Of a DNA stretch of 64,000 nt, positions 17,939 through 28,275 are shown one piece after another; within the stretch, counting starts at the first letter, position 1; each line of letters starts with the position of its first letter. Under the pieces are notes generated by a model. The model ran no database searches. It worked only from the letters and a program-made list of their open reading frames with translations, and was not told the origin of the DNA. The stretch covers positions 24,274-88,273 of the forward strand of contig CANKWU010000006.1 in NCBI GenBank assembly GCA_947487385.1, written 5' to 3'. This DNA comes from Spartobacteria bacterium (GTDB taxonomy: Bacteria; Verrucomicrobiota; Verrucomicrobiia; Chthoniobacterales; UBA6821). The position numbers and the translations under genes were made by a program.

Positions 17939-20155
17939 CTACCCCCCCTGAGCCGTTTTTGCAGTGCGGAGTTTATGGATATCAGCAGTCAAATCTTGGA
18001 TAATATTGATAGCCTCATGGCGGATGGGATCGGATGTCTTGGAAACATCCGCGTCATCCTCTTCGGCATCGGGATCCTTGGCCTGCTTTTCCCTGATAGG
18101 CTTCTTCTTCAAGGTGACTTTGGGGAGAGTGGGTTTGTCTACCGTGTCAAGCGTGACTTCATAGGCTGCGGGTTCCTCTACGGGATGAAGTTTTCGCTCC
18201 TTCTTACGCTCTTCCTTGCGGGTCTTTTCCTGAGCGAGCTCTTCCTTGCGGACATTTTCATTCAGCGAAAGCTGATTTAGGTCCAGTTTCTCACGAAAGC
18301 GTTTCATGTCCTCGGTGATGTATCTGAATTCGGAATCCTTGGAAACACGATCGGCGGAACGCTGTTTTAAGGTCTCGAGGAAAGGCGACGCGAAGGTGAA
18401 CTTATTCACCGGCTGGGGGTCAACCTCGTCATAGGCAAGTGGGTTGGGAAGAGAACTCTCGCCAATCTCCGGAGTATCCGTGGGTGACGGGAGGACGATG
18501 TCGGAAAGCACCCCCCGGTGCTGAGTGGATCCCCCGGAGACACGATAGAACTTCTGGATCGTAAGCTTGAGTGATCCTGCTTTGGAGCCCTCGTCATGAA
18601 AGAGTGGCATGAACTTGCCCACATCGAGTAGCGTCTGCACGGTTCCCTTGCCGAAACTACGTTGATCGCCGACGATAACAGCACGCCCGTAATCTTGAAG
18701 TGCCGCGGCAAAAATCTCACTGGCTGAGGCACTGAGACGATTCGCCAGCACAACAACAGGACCCGTGTAAAATGGATCCCCCTCTCCATCCTTTGCGACA
18801 GTAACCTTCCCATTTGCATCCTTTGCCTGGACGACCGGGCCGCTGCCGACAAAAAGTCCCGTCAAATTAATTGCCTCCTCGAGTGAACCACCGCCATCGC
18901 GCCTTAGGTCGATAACCAAGCCCTCAATCCCCTCCTTTTTCATGCGTTCAACAATACGGCGGACATCTTTGGTGGTGCTCTTCGAATCCCCTTCGCCGTG
19001 CTTATCCATCTCGGCATAGAAGGAGGGAATGGTGAGCCAACCAATCTTGACGTTCTTGCCTTCGGGATTGATGGAATCAATCACTTCTCCCTTGGCCTCG
19101 GACTCCTTAAGTTTAACTTCCTCGCGGGTGATCTCGATGACATGGCGCTTGGAGGGATCGGTGGCGTTCGCGGGTATGACCTGGATTCGCACCAGGCTTC
19201 CCTTGGCTCCGCGGATCTTCTCCACAACCTTGTCGAGTTTCATGTCGACCACATCCTCAAATGATTCCTTGCCCTGCGCGACAGCCGCGATCCGATCATT
19301 CGGCTTCAATCTCCCATCTTTGTCAGCAGGTCCGCCCGGCACAACCTCAACAATTTTCGCATAGCCGTCGTCGGTTCTGAGAACCGCCCCGATTCCCACA
19401 AGAGAAAGTCTCATCTGGATGTTGAAGTTCTCCATGTCCGAGGGGCTCATGTACTCAGAATGAGGATCATAGCTCTGGGAGAGCGCCACCAAGAAGGTCT
19501 TGATCACATCCTCGTCGCTCTGCTCGTTGATACTTTTCAGAAATTGATCATATCGTTTACCGACCACTTTGGTCGGAGGATTCAGGGGATGCTCATTGAG
19601 ATTTTCCTGAAGAAGTTCGGCTTCGATCCGATCTGACCAGAGCCGGTCCGACTCTTGGAGATCGGATGGCCAGGGAGCTTTCTTACGGTCTATCTCGACG
19701 CTCTTGGAACTGGAAAAGTCATGAGGTGCGGCCGCCAACTCTTTGTTCTTTACCACACGGTCCTCAACTCGCTGGCGAAATCTCGAGAAGATCTCGCGTG
19801 GAGCCCTAAGATCGCCATGGAGAATGTCCGAAGCGAGAGTGGGTGAAAAGCGCTGGATAAACTCGTCGATATCCCCCTTGGTAAAATAGAGATGTGTGTA
19901 ATCAAGGATGTTAAAATAGTTTCTCAAGACCCGTTCCGACATCGTCTCAGGCGGCTCTGACTCAAGACGCGGGGGGTTTTTTTCAGAAAGGGCGAGGGGA
20001 TGGAGGTAATGCCCCTGTTCCAGCATTCTGGCTACAGTAGCAGCAACAGGGGCCATGTCCCTGGAGGCAGTCTCGTTGGTCGGGGAGGCACCAATCCGTG
20101 AGGAGACCAGAAGAAGCAGTAACAACAATGATAACATTTTTGTCGAAAGGATCAT
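17939..20155 (-). CDS. prc: Carboxy-terminal processing protease (Prc/Tsp, S41)
   Basis: DPHSEY, PDZ GIGAVL, IDLRRDGGGSL, SASASEIFA, FGKGTVQ, LTIQKFYR; start moved to the signal-peptide Met. Confidence 0.92.
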   Translation of the reverse strand: MILSTKMLSLLLLLLLVSSRIGASPTNETASRDMAPVAATVARMLEQGHYLHPLALSEKNPPRLESEPPETMSERVLRNYFNILDYTHLYFTKGDIDEFIQRFSPTLASDILHGDLRAPREIFSRFRQRVEDRVVKNKELAAAPHDFSSSKSVEIDRKKAPWPSDLQESDRLWSDRIEAELLQENLNEHPLNPPTKVVGKRYDQFLKSINEQSDEDVIKTFLVALSQSYDPHSEYMSPSDMENFNIQMRLSLVGIGAVLRTDDGYAKIVEVVPGGPADKDGRLKPNDRIAAVAQGKESFEDVVDMKLDKVVEKIRGAKGSLVRIQVIPANATDPSKRHVIEITREEVKLKESEAKGEVIDSINPEGKNVKIGWLTIPSFYAEMDKHGEGDSKSTTKDVRRIVERMKKEGIEGLVIDLRRDGGGSLEEAINLTGLFVGSGPVVQAKDANGKVTVAKDGEGDPFYTGPVVVLANRLSASASEIFAAALQDYGRAVIVGDQRSFGKGTVQTLLDVGKFMPLFHDEGSKAGSLKLTIQKFYRVSGGSTQHRGVLSDIVLPSPTDTPEIGESSLPNPLAYDEVDPQPVNKFTFASPFLETLKQRSADRVSKDSEFRYITEDMKRFREKLDLNQLSLNENVRKEELAQEKTRKEERKKERKLHPVEEPAAYEVTLDTVDKPTLPKVTLKKKPIREKQAKDPDAEEDDADVSKTSDPIRHEAINIIQDLTADIHKLRTAKTAQGG

Positions 20156-20202
20156 GGAACAGAACCGTTGCAGAGAGTTGAAGGAAAAGCAAACATCATG
20201 AA

Positions 20203-20835
20203 ATGAATATAAATCAGACACACCAAGGCCTTCAAATGTTCACCGGGGGAGCTCTTGAGACCAACTCCTATCTGTTATCCTGTCCGGAGGGAAACATCCT
20301 GATCGATGCGCCCGAAGGTGCTGTCGAGGCCTTTCGTGACATTCCAGTTACCATGCTTCTGCTGACCCACGGTCACTATGACCATGTTTGGGATGCAGCT
20401 GCCGTGGCTCGCCATCATAGATGCCCAGTGGCGATGCACCCTGTCACCGAGTCGATGCTGGCAGATAGGAACTTGCTGAGAAGGTTCGGGATCGACCTAG
20501 AGGTGGAGCCGGTCAAGGCTGATCTGAAACTCCTCGAGGGGGCCGAACAGCGCCTCTTGGGTAGATCCTTTACCATCTTGGAGGTGCCCGGCCATTGCCC
20601 AGGGAGCCTTTGTATCCACGACGCGACATCGAATTTGTTGTTCGGCGGAGACGTGCTCTTCGCCGGAGGGGTGGGGCGTTGGGATCTGCCCGGCGGTGAC
20701 CACGATCTTCTCCTCTCGGGCATCTCCAAAAAACTGCTTCCCCTCCCCGGCCAAACCATTGTCCTCCCAGGGCATGGTCCTTCGACAACAATCGAGGAGG
20801 AAAGGGCTTACAATCCCTATCTGGCTGGAGCTTGA
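20203..20835 (+). CDS. MBL-fold metallo-hydrolase (glyoxalase II/YcbL-like)
   Basis: LTHGHYDH, PGHCPGS, GDVLF.GGVGRWDLPGG, PGHGPSTT. Confidence 0.9.
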   Translation: MNINQTHQGLQMFTGGALETNSYLLSCPEGNILIDAPEGAVEAFRDIPVTMLLLTHGHYDHVWDAAAVARHHRCPVAMHPVTESMLADRNLLRRFGIDLEVEPVKADLKLLEGAEQRLLGRSFTILEVPGHCPGSLCIHDATSNLLFGGDVLFAGGVGRWDLPGGDHDLLLSGISKKLLPLPGQTIVLPGHGPSTTIEEERAYNPYLAGA

Positions 20836-20920
20836 TCCGGCGGTTTTAGTGCCTGTGGGATATAATTTTCCAGCCGATCCCAGCTCGACAGGGTGATTCC
20901 CATTGGAGTAATAAATTAAT

Positions 20921-22198
20921 ATGCCCTCCTTTGCTTACGTAGCCCTTGATGCCCAAGGACAACAAGTCAGTGACTATATCGATGCCGCCAACCAGTCCGA
21001 GGCGGTCAACACCCTGAGGAGCCAAGGGTTATTTCCCACAAGCGTCAAGGAACAGGCCCGCCCCACCAAGGTCAAAGCGGGAAAGGGAGGAAAAAACCCC
21101 ACAAGTGCCCCCGCCAAAGGTAAGAGCATTTCGATTCCGTTCCTCGAAAAGAAGACAATCAAGAGTGCTACCCTCATGGTATTCACCAGACAGTTGGCCA
21201 CCCTTATTGATGCAGGATTACCGCTTCTTCGGGGACTTACTGTTCTGGGCAAGCAGGAGCCTGATCCTGTGCTAAAGAAAACGATCACACAGCTTGCCGA
21301 AGCGGTCCAAGGTGGAGGAACCTTCAGTGACGGTCTCAACTCTCATCCTAAGATTTTCAACAAGCTCTACGTGAACATGGTCAAGGCAGGCGAGCTTGGC
21401 GGCGTGCTTGAGGTTGTTCTTAACCGTCTTGCGGAGTTTCAGGAAAAGGCCGAGAAGGTGAAGGGAAAGGTGAAATCAGCTATGATGTATCCGGCCATCG
21501 TCATGGTAATTGCCGTCATTATCATGGGATTCTTGCTTGTCTTCATTGTGCCCAAGTTTGAGCAGATCTTTGCCGATATGCTTGGTGGCAAACCACTCCC
21601 CCTGCTTACACAGATCGTCATCACCTCCAGTAGAGTGGTCCAGCATCAGTTCATCCTGATTGCATTGGGCATCGGAGCCCTGGTGGTTGGTTTTAAATTC
21701 CTGGCCGCCTCCCCCAAAGGAGCGGTTTTATTGGATCAGTTCATGCTCAAAGCCCCACTCTTCGGAGACCTGACCCGCAAGAACGGAATCTCTCGGTTCA
21801 CCCGCACGCTCGGAACTCTCGTGACCAGCGGCGTACCTATCCTTCAGGCTCTGAACATCACCAAGGAAACGTCGGGCAATGCAGTCATCTCCTCCGCGAT
21901 CGCCAAGATCCATGATGCGGTCAAGGAAGGAGAATCCATCGTCCGTCCCATGGAAGCCAGCGGCGTCTTTCCCTCAATGGTCATCAGCATGGTGGACGTA
22001 GGCGAGGAAACGGGTCAGCTTCCGGAAATGCTCCTGAAGGTAGCCGATCTCTATGACGATGAAGTCGATAGTGCCGTTGCGGGGCTCACTTCCCTCATGG
22101 AACCGATCATGATCGTCTTCCTCGCCGTCATTGTTGGTTCAATCGTCATCGCCCTCTTCCTTCCGCTCATCAGCATCATCAGTGGTATGCAGCAGTAA
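20921..22198 (+). CDS. pilC: Type II secretion/type IV pilus platform protein PilC/GspF
   Basis: FTRQLATLIDAGLPL, MVKAGELGG, YPAIV, GEETGQL, EPIMIV. Confidence 0.92.
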   Translation: MPSFAYVALDAQGQQVSDYIDAANQSEAVNTLRSQGLFPTSVKEQARPTKVKAGKGGKNPTSAPAKGKSISIPFLEKKTIKSATLMVFTRQLATLIDAGLPLLRGLTVLGKQEPDPVLKKTITQLAEAVQGGGTFSDGLNSHPKIFNKLYVNMVKAGELGGVLEVVLNRLAEFQEKAEKVKGKVKSAMMYPAIVMVIAVIIMGFLLVFIVPKFEQIFADMLGGKPLPLLTQIVITSSRVVQHQFILIALGIGALVVGFKFLAASPKGAVLLDQFMLKAPLFGDLTRKNGISRFTRTLGTLVTSGVPILQALNITKETSGNAVISSAIAKIHDAVKEGESIVRPMEASGVFPSMVISMVDVGEETGQLPEMLLKVADLYDDEVDSAVAGLTSLMEPIMIVFLAVIVGSIVIALFLPLISIISGMQQ

Positions 22199-22205
22199 AG
22201 AAACC

Positions 22206-22661
22206 ATGCTCACCACCTATAAAAAATCATCTTCCAGAGGTTTTACTCTGATCGAACTATTGGTCGTTGTAGCGATCATCGCCACCTTGGCCTCATTAGT
22301 GCTTGCCGCGGCGAGTGGCGTCCAGAAAAAGGGGGCCCGTTCGCGGGCTGAGGCAGAAATTGCGGCCTTGGGAGCAGCGCTGGAAAGATACAAGGCAGAC
22401 AATGGTGACTTTCCGACCAATAGTTCAGGATCTGCAAACCTTGTTGCAGCCCTGATGAATACGAATACGCCGGGAGCTAGGATTTATTTTGAATTCAAAA
22501 CAAAGTTTTTGGATGCCAACAGCAACTTCCTTGATCCCTTTGGTAACCCCTACCAATACGTCTACACCAATGGCTCACCTAACAACGGCGCCAATAACTA
22601 CGACCTCTGGTCAACGGCTGGTAACTCAGGCAGCGCTAATACTTGGATCAAGAACTGGTAA
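22206..22661 (+). CDS. Prepilin-type (GspG-like) pilin/pseudopilin
   Basis: RG/FTLIELLVVVAII cleavage-methylation site, YKADNGDFP, DPFGNPYQY, YDLWS. Confidence 0.88.
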   Translation: MLTTYKKSSSRGFTLIELLVVVAIIATLASLVLAAASGVQKKGARSRAEAEIAALGAALERYKADNGDFPTNSSGSANLVAALMNTNTPGARIYFEFKTKFLDANSNFLDPFGNPYQYVYTNGSPNNGANNYDLWSTAGNSGSANTWIKNW

Positions 22662-22685
22662 CTGCCGAGGCCAACAGCTACAGCA

Positions 22686-23303
22686 TCAGCGAATCGTCCG
22701 AAGATTCCCCCAGCCTTCCAGAACAATCTGGGACCAGCTTTCCAGCTGATCATTCCTCTCCGCAAGCTCTTCGCGGCTGAGAAACCCAAGTTCAGCGATT
22801 GACTCCTCATTGGCTGTCACTTCAGGTCCGGCTAGATGGCATTGATGGACAATCCCGAGGTGAACAGCTCCCACGGGATTCGAGTCGTCATTGAGGAGTG
22901 CCAGCGGACGCTCGATAAAGGCGCTGCCCAGCGAAAGTTCTTCCTGCAATTCACGCACCAGGGCACGTTGATAGGCCACGGAATCAAAGGCTGCGCCTAA
23001 TCCGTCCCCATCATTAATGTGACCGCCGATACCGACCGAGCCCTTTTTAAGCAGACGGGTTTCCCCCGAACCACTTCCGCGGCGGTAATGAAGAATCTTA
23101 TCCCCGAAGGTCACGACCACATAGGGAATCAGCTGCTTAAGCGACGGATCCTCCTCAGCCTCGCCTCGCGGCACAAAGAAATGATTCCCCGGTTGCAGGA
23201 AGACAGGAAGGTATCTGCTGATCTCGGGATTGAGGCCGTGAAAGGAACCGAGCTCATCAAAAAGGGCACGGCGGATGACAAGAACTTGTTCGCTGGAAGA
23301 CAT
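22686..23303 (-). CDS. Predicted phosphoesterase, NUDIX-like family
   Basis: AEEDPSLKQLIPY, SVGIGGHIN, RELQEEL, NDDSNPVGAVHLG, LESWS. Confidence 0.8.
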   Translation of the reverse strand: MSSSEQVLVIRRALFDELGSFHGLNPEISRYLPVFLQPGNHFFVPRGEAEEDPSLKQLIPYVVVTFGDKILHYRRGSGSGETRLLKKGSVGIGGHINDGDGLGAAFDSVAYQRALVRELQEELSLGSAFIERPLALLNDDSNPVGAVHLGIVHQCHLAGPEVTANEESIAELGFLSREELAERNDQLESWSQIVLEGWGNLRTIR

Positions 23304-23354
23304 AATCAGGCTGATAGACTGAAGGCTGAAAGCCGATAGGCAAGCGCCAAAAAC

Positions 23355-23945
23355 TCACCCTTCCAAATAGGGTCCCAACTTTTCCCTGAGTATGTTGCGG
23401 GCGCGGAAAAGAAGGCTTTTTACGGCAGGCAGGCTCAGCGAGAGCACTTCGGCGATCTCATCGTAGGGCATGTTCTCGTAGCGACGCAGGATCACGGCAA
23501 GACGCTCCTTCTCTGACAAGCAAGCAAGAGCTTGTTCAATGGCATCATGCAGTTCCCTCTCTAGAATCTGCTCATCAGGTCCTGGAGTTCCATCGGAATG
23601 ATCCGGCAAATCCTCATTCGGATCCCGTGACTGGGGAATCAACCGGGCCCGGCCTCGCCTTCGGGATTCGTTAAAGACCAGACGCTTCGCGATGATCAGT
23701 AGCCAGGTGGTGAATTTGGCCTCCGATCTCCACCGCGGGGCCGATTTCCAGACGTTCAGGAAGACCTGCTGGGCAAGATCTTCCGCATCAGACATTCCGA
23801 TCATCCGTGTCACGGTAGCCACAACAAGATTCTCATGACGCTCCACGAGCCTGCGAAATGCATCATCATCACCCACTGACACGAGGCGCATCAAGACCTC
23901 GTCGGATTCATGAAACTCACAGGACTCTGGGGGAATCTCCGTCAC
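23355..23945 (-). CDS. ECF RNA polymerase sigma factor
   Basis: DAFRRLVERH, DAEDLAQQVFLNVW, FTTWL, YDEIAEVL...VKSLLFRAR; start set at GTG 23945. Confidence 0.92.
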   Translation of the reverse strand: MTEIPPESCEFHESDEVLMRLVSVGDDDAFRRLVERHENLVVATVTRMIGMSDAEDLAQQVFLNVWKSAPRWRSEAKFTTWLLIIAKRLVFNESRRRGRARLIPQSRDPNEDLPDHSDGTPGPDEQILERELHDAIEQALACLSEKERLAVILRRYENMPYDEIAEVLSLSLPAVKSLLFRARNILREKLGPYLEG

Positions 23946-24004
23946 TTTCAAAAGTCTGACTTCAATGCTGTAATTCTTCAACCCTTGACGGCACGTGCCT
24001 ACCA

Positions 24005-24150
24005 GCAAGCCGTGCCGCCCTTACGGGATGCCTTCAGCAATACAAGAGCATGGGGATTGCTCGGGATAGCCTACGCACAAGCGTAGCCTGAAAGGAGCAA
24101 CTCGAGGGAGCGAGAGCGGCATTCTACCGCGCCGGTTGGCACCGGCTTGT
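24005..24150. other. Long irregular hairpin (candidate structured RNA or REP/MITE)
   Basis: Four nested stems: 24005-16/24138-50, 24025-32/24118-25, 24057-62/24095-100, and CTACGC-ACAA-GCGTAG. Confidence 0.5.
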
Positions 24151-24221
24151 TTAACCCTTTAACCCTTTAACCCTTTAACCCTTTAACCCTTTAACCCTTT
24201 AACTCTTTAACCCTTTAACCT
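24150..24221. repeat. Tandem octamer repeat (TTTAACCC)x9
   Basis: Seven perfect units plus TTTAACTC and TTTAACCT; overlaps the trmB stop codon. Confidence 0.97.
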
Positions 24222-24833
24222 CTTCACCGCAATCCTGCCGATGGGATCTCCCTTCTCCCTGAAAATCGTCTCAAACTCGGTGACGGGCCTCTGCAGATCA
24301 TCCTCCCATGAGGTCTCGATCCATCCTCCATGCAAGCTGAGTTGATCCTTCATAGAGTCAAAATATCCGAGATGATCAGTCTGCAGGCGAAGAACGCCAC
24401 CCGGTTTTAATTTGGTCACGGCGACCTCTAAAAACGATACATGCACCAGTCTTCGGAACCAGTGACGACGCTTTGGCCAAGGATCGGGAAAAGAGACATG
24501 GAGAGTGTCGAGAAAGCCAGTTGGAATAAGCTCGTCGAGCGATTCCTTCCCCCACCCTCTCCAGAGAGCCGCATTAGAAATCCCTAGGCGCTCGATCTTC
24601 CTATTGCCACGCTTGACCCGATCGGAGATGCCTTCGATTCCAACGAAAAAAACCGTCGGATTAAGCAGAGCGCTCTCGGATAAGAATTTCCCTTTGGAAG
24701 CTCCAAAATCGCATTCCACCTTCTGAAAGGATCGCGATCTTAGCATAAGATCCTCCCTGGCTGCCCTAAGATCCTGATTGGGCGCCATTCGCCCGGGGGT
24801 CGGAATCACTTCGAGCTCAACCATCCTGCCCAC
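24207..24833 (-). CDS. trmB: tRNA (guanine-N7)-methyltransferase
   Basis: ECDFGASKGKFL, FVGIE, SFPDPWPKRRHW.RRL, LQTDH, TEFE. Confidence 0.9.
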   Translation of the reverse strand: MGRMVELEVIPTPGRMAPNQDLRAAREDLMLRSRSFQKVECDFGASKGKFLSESALLNPTVFFVGIEGISDRVKRGNRKIERLGISNAALWRGWGKESLDELIPTGFLDTLHVSFPDPWPKRRHWFRRLVHVSFLEVAVTKLKPGGVLRLQTDHLGYFDSMKDQLSLHGGWIETSWEDDLQRPVTEFETIFREKGDPIGRIAVKRLKG

Positions 24834-24836
24834 GAA

Positions 24837-26114
24837 TTAAGCGGCGTCCTTTTCCTGACGCCGTCGTATCAGAGCTGATTTCCTCCCCTCGACCACCGCT
24901 CGGTTGAGAGTCACTCCGGCAAAATCCTCTCGATCAGGAGCCTCATACATGACATCCAGCATGATTTTCTCAAGAAGCGAGCGAAGAGCACGGGCCCCCG
25001 TCCCCTTCTTCAGGGCTGATTCTGCAAGGGCCACGAGGGCATCCTTGGTGACCGTGAGGGAAATGTCATCCATGGCCAGGAGCTTGGTGAATTGCTTGAT
25101 CAGTGCATTTCTAGGCTCGGTGAGAATGCGCACCAACTCCTCTTCGTTGAGTTGCTGTAGTGTCGTCAGTACAGGAAGCCGTCCGATGAACTCGGGGATC
25201 ATGCCGAATGACAGGAGATCCGCAGGTTCTACGAACTCAAGGATCATGAGTTCATCCATGGGTCCTTCTTCATTGTGCGACTTTGCATGAAAGCCGAGGG
25301 TCTTTCCCACGGTGCGTCTCTGGATGATCTTGTCCAGTCCCACAAAAGCACCGCCACAGATAAAGAGGATATTCTGTGTGTTGAGCTGGATATACTCCTG
25401 CTGCGGATGCTTGCGTCCGCCCTGAGGAGGGACGTTGCATGTGGTGGCTTCAAGGATCTTGAGCAAGGCTTGCTGGACTCCCTCGCCGGAGACATCGCGC
25501 GTGATGGAGACATTGTCGGTCTTGCGTCCGATCTTGTCGATTTCGTCAATGTAGACGATGCCGATCTCGGCTTTCTTCACGTCGTAATCAGCATTCTGAA
25601 GCAGACGCAGGACGATGTTTTCAACATCCTCACCGACATATCCCGCCTCGGTCAGTGTCGTGGCGTCAGCAATGCAGAAGGGAACATCAAGGATGCGGGC
25701 CAGCGTGCGTGCAAGCAGGGTTTTTCCTGAACCAGTCGGACCGATCAAGAGCACATTGCTTTTCTCGATCTCCACATCGGCAAGCCCCTCGGAGAGGAGT
25801 CCTGCTGAGAATCCTTCACGCTCCAGGGCAATGCGCTTGTAGTGATTATGAACCGCAACCGAGAGAGTGCGTTTGGCAAGGTCCTGACCAATGACATGGG
25901 CGTCAAGTTCCCGTCGGATCTCGGATGGCTTCGGAACCCTTAGTTCATGAGTGCGATGATCGCCACCCTCGACGATCTCCTTGTCCAGGATTCCCTTGCA
26001 GACCGTGATGCAGCTGTCGCAGATGTAGACACCAGGGCCAGCAATGAGCTTGCGAACCTCGGCATGGCTCTTTCCACAGAAGGAGCACATCGTGAGGTTA
26101 CTGGTTCTGGCCAT
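24837..26114 (-). CDS. clpX: ATP-dependent Clp protease ATP-binding subunit
   Basis: Zn finger CSFCGK...[35 protein letters not shown] loop. Confidence 0.97.
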   Translation of the reverse strand: MARTSNLTMCSFCGKSHAEVRKLIAGPGVYICDSCITVCKGILDKEIVEGGDHRTHELRVPKPSEIRRELDAHVIGQDLAKRTLSVAVHNHYKRIALEREGFSAGLLSEGLADVEIEKSNVLLIGPTGSGKTLLARTLARILDVPFCIADATTLTEAGYVGEDVENIVLRLLQNADYDVKKAEIGIVYIDEIDKIGRKTDNVSITRDVSGEGVQQALLKILEATTCNVPPQGGRKHPQQEYIQLNTQNILFICGGAFVGLDKIIQRRTVGKTLGFHAKSHNEEGPMDELMILEFVEPADLLSFGMIPEFIGRLPVLTTLQQLNEEELVRILTEPRNALIKQFTKLLAMDDISLTVTKDALVALAESALKKGTGARALRSLLEKIMLDVMYEAPDREDFAGVTLNRAVVEGRKSALIRRRQEKDAA

Positions 26115-26146
26115 AATAGAATCTCCCTCGATAAAACAGGGTTGGA

Positions 26147-26800
26147 TTACTCGACGGAATCCGTGGCCTTCTCGGGAGGATTCTTGAGTTCCTTGCGAGA
26201 CTTTACCACTTCATCCACGATGCCATATTCCTTAGCCTCCTCCGCAGTCATGTAGTAATCACGATCAGCATCCTTACGGACCTGCTCCTCAGTCTTGCCT
26301 GTATTCTCTGCGATGATGCGGGCCAAGCGACGGTTCAGCTTGTACATGAACTCGACGCTGCGCTCCACGTCACTGGCAGTACCCTGAGCTCCGCCGGAGA
26401 CCTGGTGGATCATGATGTCTGAATTAGGTAGGGCAAATCTCTTTCCCTTGGTTCCAGAGCAGAGCAGGAAGGCCCCCATGCTAGCGGCCATTCCCATGCA
26501 GTAGGTGTTCACGTCACACGTGACGAACTGCATCGTGTCATAGATCGCCAGACCCGCCGTGACAGAACCACCCGGGGAGTTGATGTAGATATGAATATCC
26601 TTCTTGGCATCCTCCATCTGAAGGAAGAGCAGCTGAGCAATCACCAGATTTGAGACATAATCGTCAATGCCCGAGCCAATGAAGATGATCCGGTCCTTGA
26701 GAAGACGGGAATAGATGTCGTAGCTACGCTCACCACGCCCGGTCTGCTCGACCACCATGGGGACAAGCATCGAGGATTGAGGACGGGAATTGGACATCAT
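26147..26800 (-). CDS. clpP: ATP-dependent Clp protease proteolytic subunit
   Basis: [44 protein letters not shown]; start placed just after the tig stop. Confidence 0.96.
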   Translation of the reverse strand: MMSNSRPQSSMLVPMVVEQTGRGERSYDIYSRLLKDRIIFIGSGIDDYVSNLVIAQLLFLQMEDAKKDIHIYINSPGGSVTAGLAIYDTMQFVTCDVNTYCMGMAASMGAFLLCSGTKGKRFALPNSDIMIHQVSGGAQGTASDVERSVEFMYKLNRRLARIIAENTGKTEEQVRKDADRDYYMTAEEAKEYGIVDEVVKSRKELKNPPEKATDSVE

Positions 26801-26801
26801 G

Positions 26802-28199
26802 CTAGTGGTCATGCCCGCAACCGGGGCCATGGATATGGGGTTCTTCATCATGGGAATGGGTGAGTTCAGGATTGGCTGCGATCGGTTTCGGATCTTCTCC
26901 ATTCACTCTAGCATGGGAGACGACCACATCAAGGGCCTTGCCCAGAGAAATCTCCTCCTCGATCCCCGCAATGGCACGGTGTTTCTGAAGTTCCTTGAGA
27001 AGCTTCTGAGGAGTCATCTGATAACGCTCGGCCATGTTGGTGATGCGCCAGGCGAGTTCCTCACGGGAAACCCTGATATCTTCCTTAACGACGATCTCGC
27101 CTAGGATAAAGTTCAGCTTCACCTTGTCGCCGGCACTCTGGCGGGCAGCGCCGAGAAGCTCCTCTTGATGAGATCGCAGCTCCTCCTCGCTCACGCCGCG
27201 CGACTGGTTCTCCTGAATGATTTGCTTAAGAATCGTGGAGCTCTCTTGCTGGACCATCGAGGAGGGAGCCTCGAAAGAGACCATCGAAAGCAGCTGCTTC
27301 ACCGCTTCGCCACGGACCGAGCTGGCAAAGTTCTGAGTGGCATTCACAGTCAGACGCTCGCGGACCTGCTCACGGATCTGCTCCAGCGTGCTGCCAGGAC
27401 TGAGCTTTGCGGCAAAAGTGTCGTCGAGTGGAGGAAGCTCACGCTCCTTGATCTCATGGAGGTTCACCTTGTAGGTCACCTTGTATCCACGCAGCTTCTC
27501 CTCGCCGAACTCTGTGGGGAAGCTGACCGAGCAGTCACGTATCTCACCGGGCTTCATGCTAACCATAGCGGCAGCAAGTCCTGGGATAGGACGATCCTCC
27601 TCAAGCTTGATCCAGAAATTCTTGCGGCCGAGATAAGTCGGCTGGAGATCGGGGTAGGTTTCGGCAAGCGTCTTTCCCTCAATGGAACCTTCGTAATCGA
27701 GAACCGCAAAATCCCCCATGGCAAGACCGCGTCCCTCGACGGTCTTGAACTCAGCGAGATCCCCGCGCAACCCATCCAGGAATTGCACGACTTGCTCCTC
27801 ATCCACAACGGGCTTCTCGACCGTGATGGTCAGCCCCTTGTACTCAGGGAGATTCACCGGGGGGCGCACCACCACCGTGGCTGTGAAGCGAAGGGAGCGA
27901 TCTCCCTCCAGCTTGATGTCACGGACATTCGGGCTCTGGACCGGGGAGAGCTTCTGTTCATTCAGCGCCTCTCGTACGGCGGCATCCAGCAACTTGCGGG
28001 TTACTTCCTGCTCGATATCCTGCCCATATTTCTTCTCGACGATGGCAAGAGGAGCCTTGCCCTTGCGGAAACCCGGAAGGTTGGCCTGTCGGCGGTACTC
28101 GTTGCCGACTTCCTTCCACTCCGACTGGAAACGCTCGGGCGGAAGTTCAATGTGCAGGTCGACAATGCAGGTCTCTTTCTGTTCGGTGGTGACTTTCAT
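26802..28199 (-). CDS. tig: Trigger factor with His/Cys-rich C-terminal tail
   Basis: PGFRKGKAP ribosome-binding motif, FKBP-like domain, tig-clpP-clpX synteny. Confidence 0.94.
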   Translation of the reverse strand: MKVTTEQKETCIVDLHIELPPERFQSEWKEVGNEYRRQANLPGFRKGKAPLAIVEKKYGQDIEQEVTRKLLDAAVREALNEQKLSPVQSPNVRDIKLEGDRSLRFTATVVVRPPVNLPEYKGLTITVEKPVVDEEQVVQFLDGLRGDLAEFKTVEGRGLAMGDFAVLDYEGSIEGKTLAETYPDLQPTYLGRKNFWIKLEEDRPIPGLAAAMVSMKPGEIRDCSVSFPTEFGEEKLRGYKVTYKVNLHEIKERELPPLDDTFAAKLSPGSTLEQIREQVRERLTVNATQNFASSVRGEAVKQLLSMVSFEAPSSMVQQESSTILKQIIQENQSRGVSEEELRSHQEELLGAARQSAGDKVKLNFILGEIVVKEDIRVSREELAWRITNMAERYQMTPQKLLKELQKHRAIAGIEEEISLGKALDVVVSHARVNGEDPKPIAANPELTHSHDEEPHIHGPGCGHDH

Positions 28200-28275
28200 A
28201 ATGAACGGAGAAGCAAAGCAGGGAGTCCCGCACCGAACAATCTCCAAAGGTGATTTTTTGGATTGCCGTAGGATC

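Noticed and set aside
24005-24150. Sigma-54 promoters (GGCACG...TTGC) at either end; SRP RNA (CCTGAAAGGAGCAAC)
   Set aside because: GG-to-GC spacing is 8-9 rather than 10 nt. The SRP helix-8 CAGG side and three-pair stem are missing.
24150-24221. CRISPR array or eukaryotic telomere contamination
   Set aside because: There are no spacers or cas genes, and the array is continuous with the trmB coding sequence in a normal bacterial operon.
27165-28253. 362-aa plus-strand ORF
   Set aside because: Antisense shadow of tig with no recognisable motifs.
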